From assembly GCA_030390025.1 (NCBI GenBank), contig CM059430.1, positions 76,756,001-76,820,000 of the forward strand: a stretch of DNA of 64,000 nt, written 5' to 3'. Within the stretch, counting starts at the first letter, position 1; every line of letters starts with the position of its first letter. The DNA comes from Squalus acanthias (lineage: Eukaryota). The notes below the pieces were generated by a model. That model searched no databases. It was given only the letters and a program-made list of their open reading frames with translations, and was not told where the DNA came from. A program made the position numbers and the translations under genes. Of this stretch, positions 47,030-60,209 are shown piece after piece.

Positions 47030-50000
47030 GGCCGGAGTCGGGAGGAGCAGAGAGCGGCGGTTCAGTGAGTATTTAAACTCACTTTCGCGGGCTTTTTTTC
47101 AAAGGCTTACCAATCTCACAGACTGGCGGTGGCATTCCAGAGCCACGTCAGGATTCAAAAAGTGACTGCGGGCAAGAGGAAGCAGCTGATTGGGTGACTA
47201 CGGCCAGGTGAGTATTTATACTACTCTATAGTTTGACAGATAAGGTTAATAGTTTATAAAGTTTACAAGGTCTTAATTTTGTGGTTATACTTGCTAAGGT
47301 ATCTGTTGTGTGGCAGGGAGTGCTAGTAAACAAGGGCCTTTGACTATATCATTTAATTGTAGTGTAATTGGTGGTATTGATTTGATTTAATTTAATTTAA
47401 ATTAATTAAAGGGTAATTCATGGCAGCACAGCTCGGCCCCGTGGAATGCTCCTCCTGCGCTATGTGGGAAATCAGGGACACTTCCTGTGTCCCTGACGAC
47501 CATGTGTGCAGGAAGTGTATCCAACTGCAACTACTGGCAGACCGCATTGCGGCGCTGGAGCTGCGAATGCATGCATACTGGAGCATTCGCGATGCTGAGG
47601 ACGTCGTGGATATCACGTTTAATGTGTTGGTCACACCGCAGGAAGGAAGGCAGTGGGTGACCGCCAGGCAGAGTTGTAGGCACAGGCAGGTAGTGCTGTG
47701 TTCCCCTGTGCCCATCCCACTCTCAAACAGATATACCACTTTTGATATTGTTGAGGGGGATGGCTTATCGGGGGAAGGGAGCAGCAACCAACTTCCTGGC
47801 ACCATGGGTGGTTCTGCTGCACAGGAGGGGAGGAAAAAGAGCGGGTGAGCTATAGTGATAGGGGATTCTATTGTAAGGGGAATAGATAGGCGTTTCTGCG
47901 GCCGCAAACGAGACTCCAGGATGGTATGTTGCCTCCCTGGTGCTAGGGTCAAGGATGTCTCGGAGCGGATGCAGGGCATTCTGGAGAGGGAGGGTGAACA
48001 GCCAGTTGTCGTGGTGCATATAGGTACCAACGCTATAGGTGAAAAACGGGATGAGGTCCTAAAAGCTGAATATAGGGAGTTAGGAGGTAAATTAAAAAAT
48101 AGGACCTCAAAGGTAGTAATCTCAGGATTGCTACCAGTGCCACGTACTAGTCAGAGTAGAAATAGAAGGATATTTCAGATGAATACGTGGCTAGAAGAAT
48201 GCTGCAAGGGGGAGGGTTTCAAATTCCTGGGACACTGGAACCGGTTCTGGGGGAGGTGGGACCAGTACAAACTGGACGGTTTGCACCTGGGCAGTACCGG
48301 GACCGATGTCCTAGGGGGAGTGTTTGCTAGTGCTGTTGGGGAGGGTTTAAACTAAAATGGCAGGGGGTTGGGAACCTGTGCAGGGAGACAGAGGAAAGGG
48401 AAGCAAGGATAGAAACACAAGACAGGAAGGAGAAAAGCAAAAGTGGAAGGCAGAGAAATTAAGGGTGTAAATCAAACATGGCCACAGTAAACAATAATTC
48501 TAAATTGTCTAAGAGTGTTAAAAAAACAAGCCTGAAGGCTCTGTGTCTTAATGCGAGGAGCATTCGTAATAAGGTGGATGAATTAGCTGCTCAAATAGAT
48601 GTAAACGGATATGATATAATTGGGATTACGAAGACATGGCTACAGGGTAACCAAGGCTGGGTATTCAACATCCAGGGGTATTCAATATTCAGGAAGGACA
48701 GGCAAAAAGGAAAAGGAGGTGGGGTAGCATTGCTGGTTAAAGAGGAGATTAACAGAATAGTAAGGAAGGATATTAGCTCTGATGATGTGGAATCTGTATG
48801 GGTAGAGCTGAGAAATACCAAGGGGCAGTAAACGTTAGTGGGAGTTGTATACAGACCCCCAAACAGTAATGCTGAGGTTGGGGATGGCATTAAACGGGAA
48901 ATTACAGACGCGTGCAATAAGGGCACAGCAGTTATCATGGGTGACTTTAATCTACATATAGATTGGGCTAATCAAATTAGTAACAATACTGTGGAGGAGC
49001 AATTCCTAGAGTGTATACGGGATGGTTTCCTGGACCAATATGTCGAGGAACCAACTAGAGATCAGGCCATCTTAGACTGGGTATTATGTAATGTGAAAGG
49101 ATTAATTAGCAATCTTGTTGTGCGAGGCCCCTTGGGGAGGAGCGATCATAATATGATAGAATTCGTCATTAAGATGGAGAGTGAAGTAGTTGACTCAGAG
49201 ACTAGGGTCCTCAATTTAAATAAAGGAAACTATGATGGTATGAGGCGCGAGCTGGCTAGAATGGATTGGAGAACGTTACTTAAAGGGTTGACGGTGGATA
49301 GGCAATGGCAAACATTTAAAGATCGCATGGATGAACTACAGAATTTGTTCATCCCTGTTTGGCATAAAAATAAAACAAAAAAGGTGATTCAATCGTGGCT
49401 AACAAGGGAAATTAGGGATAGCATAAGATCCAAGGAGAGGACATATAAATTGGCCAGAAAAAGCAGCAAACCTTAGGATTGGGAGCAGTTTAGAATTCAG
49501 CAAAGGAGGACAAAGGGCTTAATTAAGAGGGGGGAAATAGAGTATGAGAGTAAGCTCGCAGGGAACATAAAAACTGACTGTAAAAGCTTCTATAGATATG
49601 TGAAGAGAAAAGGATTGGTGAAGTCAAGCGTAGGTCCCTTGCAGTCAGAATCAGGGGAATTTATAATGGGGAGCAAATAAATGGCTGACCAATTAAATAC
49701 ATACTTTGGTTCTGTCTTCACAAAGGAGGACACAAATAACCTCTCAGAGATGTCGGGGAACATAGGGTCTAATGACAGGGAGGAACTGAATGAAATCAGT
49801 ATTTGTAGGGAAATGGTGTTAGGGAAATTGACGGGATTGAAGGCCAACAAATCCCCAGGGCCTGATAATCTACATCCTAGGGTACTTAAGGAAGTGGTCC
49901 TAGAAATAGTAGAAGCATTGCTGGTCATCTTCCAAAATTCTATTGACTCTGGAACAGTTCCTATGGATTAGAGGGTAGCTAATGTAACCCCACTATTTAA

Positions 50001-51383
50001 AAAAGGTGGTAGAGAGAAAACGGGGAATTATAAGCCTGACATCGGTTGTGGGGAAAATGCTAGAGTCCATTATAAAAGATGTAATAGCAGAGCACTTGGA
50101 AAAAAGTGACAGGATTGGACAAAGTCAACATGGATTTACAAAAGGTAAATCATGCTTGACCAATCTACTGGAATTTTTTGCGGATGTAACTGGTAGATTA
50201 GATAAGGGAGAACCAGTGGATGTGGTGTATTTGGACTTTCAGAAGGCTTTCGATAAGGTCCCGCATAAGAGATTAGCGTGCAAAGTTAAAGCACATGGGA
50301 TTGGGGGTAAGGTACTGACTTGGATAGAAAACTGGTTGGCAGACAGGAAGCAAAGAGTTGGAATAAACGTGTCTTTTTCCGAGTGGCAGGCACTGACTAG
50401 TGGGATACCGCAGGGATCAGTGCTAGGACCCCAGTTATTCACAATATATATTAATGATCTAGACGAGGGAACTAGATGTAATATCTCCAAGTTTGCAGAC
50501 GACACAAAGCTGGGTGGGCGTGTGTGCTGTGAGGAGGCTGCAGAGAAACTCCAGTATGATTTGGACAGGTTGGGTGATTGGGCAGATGCATGGCAGATGC
50601 AGTATAACGTGGATAAATGCGAGGTTATCCACTTTGGTGGCAAAAACAGGAAGGCAGATTATTATCTGAACGGCAATAGATTGGGAAAAGGGGAAGTGCA
50701 ACGAGACCTGGATGTCCTTGTGCACCAATCGCTGAAGGTAAGCAGGCAGGTGCAGCAGGCGGTTACCAAGGTAAATGGTATGTTGGCCTTCATAGCAAGA
50801 GGATTTGAGTACAGGAGCAAGGATGTCTTGCTGCAGTTGTACAGGGCCTTGGTGAGACCACACCTTTGAGTATTGTGTGCATTTTTGGTCGCCTTTTCTG
50901 AGGAAGGATGTTCTTGCCATGGAGGGAGGACAGCGAAGCTTCACCAGACTGATACCTGGGATAGCAGGAATGACGTATGAAGAGAGATTGGGTCGATTGG
51001 GCTTATATTCGCTGGAGTTTAGAAGAATGAGAGGGGATCTCATTGAATCATAAAATTCTAACAGGACTAGACAGACTAGATGCAGGAAGGATGTTCTCGA
51101 TGGCGGGGGAGTCCAGAACCAGAGGTCACAGTCTAAGGATAAGGGGTAAGCCATTTAGGACTGAGATGAGGAGGAATTTCTTCACCCAGAGAGTGGTGAA
51201 CCTGTATTAAATATATTCAAGAAGGAGTTAGATATATTTCTTAAGGTTAAAGGGATATGGGGAGAAAGCAGGGACAGAGTACTGAATTTGGATGATCAGC
51301 CATGATCGCATTGAATGGCGGAGCAGGCTCGAGGGGCCGAATGGCCTACTCCTGCTCCTCTCTTCTATGTTTCTATGTTTCTA
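47030..51383 (+). mobile_element. Full-length CR1 LINE subfamily C (5'UTR, ORF1 zinc finger-esterase with one stop, ORF2 with several lesions)
   Basis: 47420-47848 plus 47855-48355 form ORF1 (C..C.MW, GDSIVRG, HIGTN, DGLH); EN-RT from ~48480 to 51285; (ttctatgt)n tail. Confidence 0.93.
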
Positions 51384-51399
51384 CATGAAACCGGAAGTT

Positions 51400-52210
51400 C
51401 CATCTCCTGTTTTGAAAGTTGTACTTAATTTAGTAGAAATACTAAATAATTCCCGGAATTCGTGGTCAACAGCGAAGTGAAGGTGTTCGCTGCTGGCCCC
51501 GAAGTGCGCTTCACACAAGGATATTGCAATCCATGTGTCGAGAACTTCGAGTTTCCCATCGTGCAATTCAAATCAATGAACTGTAGCGGGGTTCCCCTTG
51601 CGCGAACTGCTGTGAGGTCAACTAGCTGTCTGAGCAGCCAATCAAAGCACAGAATTCTCAGACAGTGAACAAGGAAGTGAGTAAGCTCTTAAAATTCTAA
51701 TTTTTAAAAAGTAGTTAGAGGGAGGAAAACAAAGATTGGGGCTCTCAGATGGGAAATTGAAAACCTGAAATAAAGATGGACAAACTTTAAAAAAAAATTT
51801 GGAAATTTCTTTTAAAAATATTTTTTTATTAAAATGGACTAATTTCATACTACACAAAATTAAAACTAGTTTTCGAAGCCCTTAACATTTGTTTAGCAAT
51901 AATAATGCTGTTTAAACCCCAGTTGCACATAATCCCATTGGGTCTAACTTTCAGTGGGGACTTTAACAGCGTTCTCACTGCGGAAGAGCTGAAGTTTTCA
52001 TCACTTTCCCTGATTTGGCTGATAACACGGATTGCTGGCTCTGTTGAGGGGGTGAGCACAGCATAGCCTGTGTCGGAGCTGTCAATGACTGACCGTAACT
52101 TCGGGATTTCCCCCTGCACACACAAATCCAGAAGTTGCGGTCAGTTTCAAAGGCGGAATGACGGCGAACACTGCCAGTTCACCGTCATACCGACCGCAAA
52201 TTTTGGGCCA
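51400..52210. mobile_element. Non-autonomous Harbinger-type element/MITE
   Basis: GC arms, AT core, end caaattttgggcc. Confidence 0.5.
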
Positions 52211-52659
52211 ATTTACCTTTATTTTTCTTTAAGTGACTTCGCTTCCAATGACGAAAGCCAACACCAGGAAAATCGACCCTCCCCCTGCACATGCAGAAAT
52301 CAGCCAGTAACGGGTGATCTCACCATCTACAAGATTTAGATGAAATGTATGAATATGAGGCAGTACACTGCACATTTCAACAAGAATGTGGCCTAAAAGA
52401 TCAGAAACATTTTAATCAATTGTTGCTATTTTAGTGATTTTACATTTAAGTTATAGTTTAATGAAACAAAATAAAAAGTGCTGACCTATGTTTAATGTTT
52501 TCATGCTTGATCAATATTTGTTTCTACATTACCGTGCCTTTATCCTGCTTTCTTGTTGATATCAGAGGCTAATTGTGATTTTGGCCGATAGTGTATTGAA
52601 AGCCCGTTTTACCTCACTCCCGATTTTAAGGGATGAAGTTTGTCCTGGCGTTATCTACA

Positions 52660-53333
52660 GGCCACTGGTTAACTGCGCATGCGTGAAAACCCGGAACTTA
52701 AGTTTCAGCTTGACAGATCGAACGAATCCGAAGGAAATGGACATTCGCTGGCGCACTGTTGGGCTATTTGCCCCACTACTACCCGGCAAATGCCCATGAA
52801 ACTCTTACGCCTTGTAAAAGCAGGCATAAGGTCTTCTTTTACCAGCATAAGGGTTTAAATAAATATTAAAATAACATTTTTTAAATAATTTAAACATTCA
52901 AAAACCTTTAATATTAGTTTAGGTTATTTTCGGGCCCCTTAAAAATGTTTTCATTTATTTTTTTAAAAAGAAAATTTTTGTTTTAAATATTTAATTAAGT
53001 TGCATTTTAATTTATTTTAAACAGGTGATAATTTATTTTTATTTAGGTTTTGTGAACATGTATTTTTTATGTGATTCCTATTATGCTTACGGGGATTCCG
53101 TACCTAAATGGAATCTTCATCAGCATAATGGGAATCCCCGTTCTTGATTGGTTGGGCCGGCACACGTGATCCCTGGGACTGTTGCGATCCGCATGCGCCC
53201 CTGGGATATGTGGGCCTTTACGCAGGCCCAGGAGCGCGAGTCTTTGTAGGGAGGGCCATCAGGTAAGTACGGAGTTTACTTGCAGTTCAGAGATAGTCGC
53301 CCGTGGGAAGCCTCCCACCGCAATTTCAGGTCC
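52660..53333. mobile_element. Harbinger-type MITE (inverted relative to the 36905-37648 copy)
   Basis: gttgggctatttgccc, tgattggttgggcc and aagcctcccaccgcaattt shared with the other copies. Confidence 0.7.
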
Positions 53334-54126
53334 ATAATACATATGACCCATTATTGAGTATTTGTCTTCATTACTCTCAGACACATTCTTGCTTATTCCC
53401 TGGTCGGCAGTTAGGATTGATTAATGAGCGGCAGCCCATAGAAATCTTGATGCCCTAGAATTTGAAAAATATCAAATCACATCCATCTAACTTATCTTGC
53501 CTGTTTGTGCAGTGCAACGTATATTAAACATCCCTGACAGTCTAGTAATCTCGCTCACAATACTGCTCATTGGTTACTTTATGAATACATGAATGAAATG
53601 TCTCCAGAAAGTAGACAAATCTATAGCCCCCGTGGGACATGGGGTGGAGTGTGAGGAGAGATCAGTTTCTCACCGCCCGGATCTCTTTATTGAGATCTTT
53701 GATATTTACAGGTTTTGGAAAGCTTGCACTTCTCAGGAAGATGAGTTTGGAGTGTTGTCAGCAGATACCGATGTTCTCAAATGAAAGATGAGGCTAGAGA
53801 GCAGGGCAACGCCAAGTGTGAAAAGAAGGGGAGATGAATAGGAAAACAATAACCTCCTGACGCCAAGCTTGGGTATTTAATCTGAAGTTTCTGAAATATT
53901 TTATTGTGCAGTTGATGTTGCACGAGCTGAAGGAACAAACTATAGCAACAAATCCTGTCTCACAATCAGGACATTACAATATTTAGGATCAACATTATTA
54001 CACGATTTAAACAATTGGTTCTAAAAGATTTATGGGTAAGCATTGGTGTTAGGCAACCTCCTTTCTCCCCTGGTTCACAACAACACGTTTCGAGTAAGCA
54101 CAAAACTTCTGCTCAGGCATTCAATT

Positions 54127-55292
54127 CATAAAAGATTAGCATGGAAAATTGAAGCTCATGGGATAAAGGGGAAAGTATTGACGTGGATAGAGAACTGGCT
54201 GTCAGATAGAAAACAGAGAGTTGGAATAAACGGCTCATTTTCTGAATGGCAGGCAGTAACAAGTGGGGTACCACAGGGATCTGTCCTGGGTCCCCAGCTG
54301 TTCACAATTTACATTAATGACCTGGATCAGGGAGTCGGATGCAGCATTTCCAAATTTGCAGACGACACTAAACTAGGAGGGGGGGTGGGCTCAGAGGAGG
54401 AGACCAGGAAGCTCCAGAGCGATTTGGACAGACTGGGTGATTGGGCGGATAAATGGCAGATGCACTATAATGTGGACAAGTGCGAAGTTATCCACCTTGG
54501 GTGCAGGAACGGGAGGGCAAATTATTATTTAAATGGCAATAATTTGGGAGAGGGAGAAGTACAGAGAGACCTGGGTGTTCTTGTACACCAGTCACTGAAG
54601 GCGAGCATGCAGGTGCAACAGGCGGTCAAGAAGGCAAACGGTATGCTGGCCTTCATAGCAAAAGGGTTGGAATACAGGAACAGGGATACCTTGCTGCAGC
54701 TGTACAGGGCACTGGTGAGACCACACCTCGAGTACTGTGTACAGTTTTGGTCGCCTCATCTGAGGAAAGATGTTCTTGCCATGGAGGGGGTGCAGCGGCG
54801 ATTCACCAGGCTGATACCAGGAATGGCGGGATTGACCTATGAGGAGAGACTATGTAGTTTAGGGATGTACACACTGGAGTTTAGAAGATTGAGAGGGGAC
54901 CTCATAGAAGTGTATAAAATTCTGACAGGTCTAGACAGACTAGATGCAGAAGGAATGTTTCCCTTGGCGGGTGAGAACAGAACTAGAGGACATAATTTAA
55001 GGATAAGGGCTGAACCATTTAGGACAGAAATGAGGGGGAATTTCTTCACTCAGAGGGTGGTGAACCTGTGGAACTCATTGCCACAGAGGGCAGTGTACGC
55101 CAGCTCATTAAATATATTTAAGAGGGAATTAGATATATTTCTACAGGCAAAAGGGGTTAAGGGTTACGGAGAGAAGGCGGGGACCGGATACTGAATTGGA
55201 GGATCAGCCATGATCTCATTAAATGGCGGAGCAGGCTCGAAGGGCCGGATGGCCTACTCCTGCTCCTATCTTCTATGTATCTATGTATCTAT
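54127..55292 (+). mobile_element. Young CR1 subfamily A, 5'-truncated
   Basis: Open RT C-terminal ORF to 55194; near-identical to 15140-16300. Confidence 0.95.
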
Positions 55293-55295
55293 ATA

Positions 55296-55516
55296 TGGAG
55301 AGCGCACAGAATGGATCCACTGAGATGCCAGGGATTAGAAATTACAGTTATGAGGAGAAACTTGAGATACTTGTTGGGCAAATGTATTAAGGGTTACGGA
55401 ACCAAGGCGGGTAGATGAAGTTAAGATCCGAGTCAGCCATGATCTAATTGAATGATGGAACAGGCTTGAGGGGCTGACTGGCCTACTCCTGTTCCTATGT
55501 TCCTATATTTCCTATA
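55296..55516 (+). mobile_element. Old CR1 3' fragment
   Basis: cagccatgatctaattgaatg..gaggggctga..ggcctactcctgttcctatg tail. Confidence 0.7.
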
Positions 55517-55695
55517 TTACGATACAGAGTAAATGTGATCGGTCTTTAACTGTATACAGAGATTGGTTTCTGTATCTTTCGAGTACACTCTCACAAACTG
55601 TTGAAAACCATCCTCCTTTATGCACCATATTTTGACTACATCAAAAGAAAAGATCAAAATGACCTATCTATTTCCCAAATCCTCGAAAACAGACT

Positions 55696-57026
55696 ATACA
55701 TAGATACATAGAAACATAGAAGATAGGAGCAGGAGTAGGCCATCCGGCCCTTCGAGCCTGCTCCGCCATTTAATGAGATCATGGCTGATCCTCCAATTCA
55801 GTATCCCGTCCCCGCCTTCTCCGTAACCCTTAACCCCTTTTGCCTGTAGAAATATATCTAATTCCCTCTTAAATATATTTAATGAGCTGGCGTACACTGC
55901 CCTCTGTGGCAATGAGTTCCACAGGTTCACCACCCTCTGAGTGAAGAAATTCCCCCTCATTTCTGTCCTAAATGGTTTAGCCCTTATCCTTAAATTATGT
56001 CCTCTAGTTCTGTTCTCACCCGCCAAGGGAAACATTCCTTCTGCATCTAGTCTGTCTAGACCTGTCAGAATTTTATACACTTCTATGAGGTCCCTCTCAA
56101 TCTTCTAAACTCCAGTGTGTACATCCCTAAACTACATAGTCTCTCCTCATAGGTCAATCCCGCCATTCCTGGTATCAGCCTGGTGAATCGCCGCTGCACC
56201 CCCTCCATGGCAAGAACATCTTTCCTCAGATGAAGCGACCAAAACTGTACACAGTACTCGAGGTGTGGTCTCACCAGTGCCCTGTACAGCTGCAGCAAGG
56301 TATCCCTGTTCCTGTATTCCAACCCTTTTGCTATGAAGGCCAGCATACCGTTTGCCTTCTTGACCGCCTGTTGCACCTGCATGCTCGCCTTCAGTGACTG
56401 GTGTACAAGAACACCCAGGTCTCTCTGTACTTCCCCCTCTCCCAATTTATTGCCATTTAAATAATAATTTGCCCTCCCGTTCCTGCACCCAAGGTGGATA
56501 ACTTCGCACTTGTCCACATTATAGTGCATCTGCCATTTATCCGCCCAATCACCCAGTCTGTCCAAATCGCTCTGGAGCTTCCTGGTCTCCTCCTCTGAGC
56601 CCACCCCCCCTCCTAGTTTAGTGTCGTCTGCAAATTTGGAAATGCTGCATCCGACTCCCTGATCCAGGTCATTAATGTAAATTGTGAACAGCTGGGGACC
56701 CAGGACAGATCCCTGTGGTACCCCACGTGTTATTGCCTGCCATTCAGAAAATGAGCCGTTTATTCCAACTCTCTGTTTTCTATCTGACAGCCAGTTCTCT
56801 ATCCACGTCAATACTTTCCCCTTTATCCCATGAGCTTCAATTTTCCATGCTAATCTTTTATGTGGGACCTTATCGAAGGCCTTTTGGAAGTCCAGGTACA
56901 CCACATCTACTGGCTCTCCCCCATCTATTTTACCAGTTACTCCCTCAAAAAATTCCAATAGATTAGTCAAGCACGATTTACCCTTTGTAAATCCATGTTG
57001 ACTCTGTCCTATCCTGTCCCCATTTG
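55696..57026 (-). mobile_element. Young CR1 subfamily A, 5'-truncated
   Basis: ORFs 56083-57045 and 55694-56080; lies tail-to-tail with 54127-55292. Confidence 0.95.
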
Positions 57027-57329
57027 TATGCAAACAGTTTGCCATTGTTTACCTCAGAACCACTTCCTTTAAACAAGACTTCCTTTACCTACTGTTATCT
57101 TTAGCAAAAGGACTCACTACCCATTTTGTTACCTGAAAGCTAAAATTACATATTATTACTAACATTTATTTCCTTACACAAGCACTTTACATATCAGAAG
57201 ACAAGCCACGCTTTCACCTCACGACACTTCAAAGTCATCCTGTTTATATCTTGGAAAGGCTGTTGCTTTAAGATGCAAAGAAGTTTGACTGTTAACCCTT
57301 AACTCCCTTAACGGCACAAAGGAGTATGG

Positions 57330-60209
57330 CAAGGCTGGATGGCAATTACTTTAATGCAAGGAGTCTTGCGAGTAAGGCAGATGAATTGAAGGTGTCGATG
57401 AACACATGGGAGTATGATATTGTTGCTATCACAGAGACATGGTTGAGGGAGGGGCAGGACTGGCAGCTCAATATTCCAGGGTATAGAATCTTCAGGCGAG
57501 ACAGAGGGGGGTGTAAAAGAGGAGGGGGTGTCGCAATATTAATCAAGGAGTCAATTACTGCAGTAAGGAGGAATGATATCTTAGCAGGTTCCTCTAATGA
57601 GGCCATATGGGTAGAACTTAAAAACAAAAAGGGGGCAAGCACTTTGCTGGGAGTGTACTATAGGCCCCCAAACAGTCAGGGGTAGATAGAGGAACAGATA
57701 TGTCGGCAAATCTCAGAGAAGTGTAGAAATAATAGGGTAATGATAGTAGGGGATTGCAACTTCCCCAATATTAACTGGGATAGTCAGAGTGTGAAAGACT
57801 TAAAGGGTGCGGAATTCTTAAAGCACATCCAGGAGAGCTTTTTGAGCCAGCATGTGGAAAGTCCTACAAGAGAGGGGGCGGTACTGGACCGAATTCTAGG
57901 CAATGTAGCCGGGCAATTTGTTAAAGTGTCTGTAGGAGAGCATTTTGGTGACAGTGACCATAATTCGGTGAGATTTAAGGTAGTCATGGAAAAGGACAAA
58001 GATGGACCAGAAATAAAGGTTCTAAATTGGGGGAAGGCCTATTTTATTATGATAAGGCAGGATCTGCCCAAAGTGGACTGGAATCAGCTACTTGTAGGAA
58101 AATCCACATCAGAGCAGAGGGAGTCATTCAGAAAGGGAATAGAGAGAGTACAGCACCAATATGTTCCCGTAAAGGTCAAGGGTGGGACCAACAAGTCCAG
58201 GGAACCCTGGATGTCAAGGGATATACATAAATGGATTAGGAAAAAATGGGAGTCTTTTGGCAGATACAAAGGACTAAAAACAGTGGACGCCCTAGAGGAG
58301 TATAGAAAGCGCAGGGGGGTACTTAAAAAAGAAATTAGGAGAGCGAAGAGAGGGCATGAAAAAACACTGGCGGGCAAAATAAAGGAAAATTCCAAGGTGT
58401 TTTATAAGTATATTAAGGGTAAGAGGATAACCAGGGAAAGAGTAGGGCCCATTGTGGACCAAAGTGGCAATCTGTGTGTAGAGCCGGAAGATGTAGGTGA
58501 GGTTTTAAATGAATATTTTGCATCTGTGTTCACTATGGATAAGGACGATGTAGGCATAGAAATCAGACAGGGGGATTGTGATATACTTGAACAAATTAGC
58601 ATTGAGAGGGAGGAGGTACTAGCGGTTTTAGCAGGCTTAAAAGTGGCTAAATCCCCAGGCCCAGATGAGATGTATCCCAGGCTGCTGTGTGAGACAAGGG
58701 AGGAGATTGCTGGGGCTCTGACACAAATTTTGAGAGCCTCTCGGGCCACAGGGGAGGTGCCAGAGGACTGGAGGTCAGCTAACGTAGGACCATTATTCAA
58801 GAAGGGTAGTAGGGATAAACCAGGGAATTACAGGCCAGTGAGCCTAACATCAGTGGTAGGGAAATTATTGGAAAAAATTCTGAGGGACAGAAATAGTCTC
58901 CACTTGGAGAGGCAAGGATTAATCAAGGATAGTCAGCATGGCTTTGTCAGGAAGAGATCATGTCTAACCAATTTGGTTGAACTTTTCGAGAGGGTGACTA
59001 GGTATGTGGATGAGGGTAGTGCAGTTGATGTAGTCTACATGGACATCAGTAAGGCTTTTGACAAAGTCCCGCATGGGAGACTGGTCAAGAAGGTAAGAGC
59101 CCATGGGATCCAGGGCAATTTGGCACATTGGATCGAAAATTGGCTTAGTGGCAGGAGGTAGAGAGTGATGGTCGAAGGTTGTTTTTGTGACTGGAAGCCT
59201 CTGTCCAGTGGTGTACCACAGGGATCGGTGCTGGATCCCTTGCTGTTTGTAGTGTACATTAATGATCTAGATATGAATGTAGGAGGCATGATCAATAAGT
59301 TCCCAGATGACACGAAAATTGGTGGAGTGGTAAATAGCGAGGAGGGAAGCCTCAGGCTACAGGATGATATAGACGGGTTGGTCAGATGAGCAGAACAGTG
59401 GCAAATGGAATTTAACCCTGAAAAGTGTGAGGTGATGCATTTTGGGAGGACTAACAAGGCAAGGGAATACACAATGAAAGGTAGGACCCTAGGAAGGACA
59501 GAGGATCAGAGTGACCTTGGTGTGCATGTACATAGATCCCTGAAGGCAGCAGGACAGGTAGATAACGTGGTTAAAAAGGCATATGGGATACTTGCCTTCA
59601 TTAGCGGAGGCATAGAATATAAGAGCAGGGAGGTTATGATGGAGCTGTACAAAACGCTAGTTAGGCCACAGCTGGAATACTGTGTGCAGTTCTGGTCGCC
59701 ACACTATAGGAAGGATGTGATTGCATTGGAGAGGGTGCAGAGGAGATTCACCAGGGTGTTACCTGGGCTGGAGCGCTTCAGCTATGAAGAGAGACTGGAC
59801 AGGCTGGGGTTGTTTTCCTTAGAGCAGAGAAGGCTGAGGGGGGACCTAATTGAGGTGCACAAAATTATGAGGGGCATAGATAGGGTAGATAGAAAGGAAC
59901 TTTTCCCCTTAGTAGAGGGGTCAATAACCAGGGGGCATAGTTTCAAGGTAAAGGGCAGGAGGTTTAGATTTGAGGAAAAACTTTTTCACCCAGAGGGTGG
60001 TTGGAATCTGGAACTCACTGCCTGAAAGGGTGGTAGAGGCAGGAATGCTCACAACATTCAAGAAGCATTTAGATGAGCACTTGAAACGCCATAGCATACA
60101 AGGCTAGGACCAAGTGCTGGAAAATGGGATTAGAATAGACAGGGCTTGATGGCCCGCGCAGACACGATGGGCCGAAGGGACTGTTTCTGTGCTGTATAAC
60201 TCTATGACT
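57330..60209 (+). mobile_element. CR1 LINE subfamily D (EN-RT ORF2 with stops)
   Basis: ORFs 57326-57685, 57740-59161, 59165-59389 and 59405-60025; actctatg tail. Confidence 0.93.

Noticed and set aside
53712-53791. Possible plus-strand exon after atttacag
   Set aside because: Short, no recognisable domain and no partner exons
54043-55194. 383-aa ORF with a novel N-terminus fused to RT
   Set aside because: Chance in-frame read-in from flanking DNA (non-ATG start) into a 5'-truncated CR1
57112-57140. Possible minus-strand micro-exon (tttcag|gtaacaaaatgggta|gtgagt)
   Set aside because: Only 15 nt with no supporting neighbouring exons; could easily be chance
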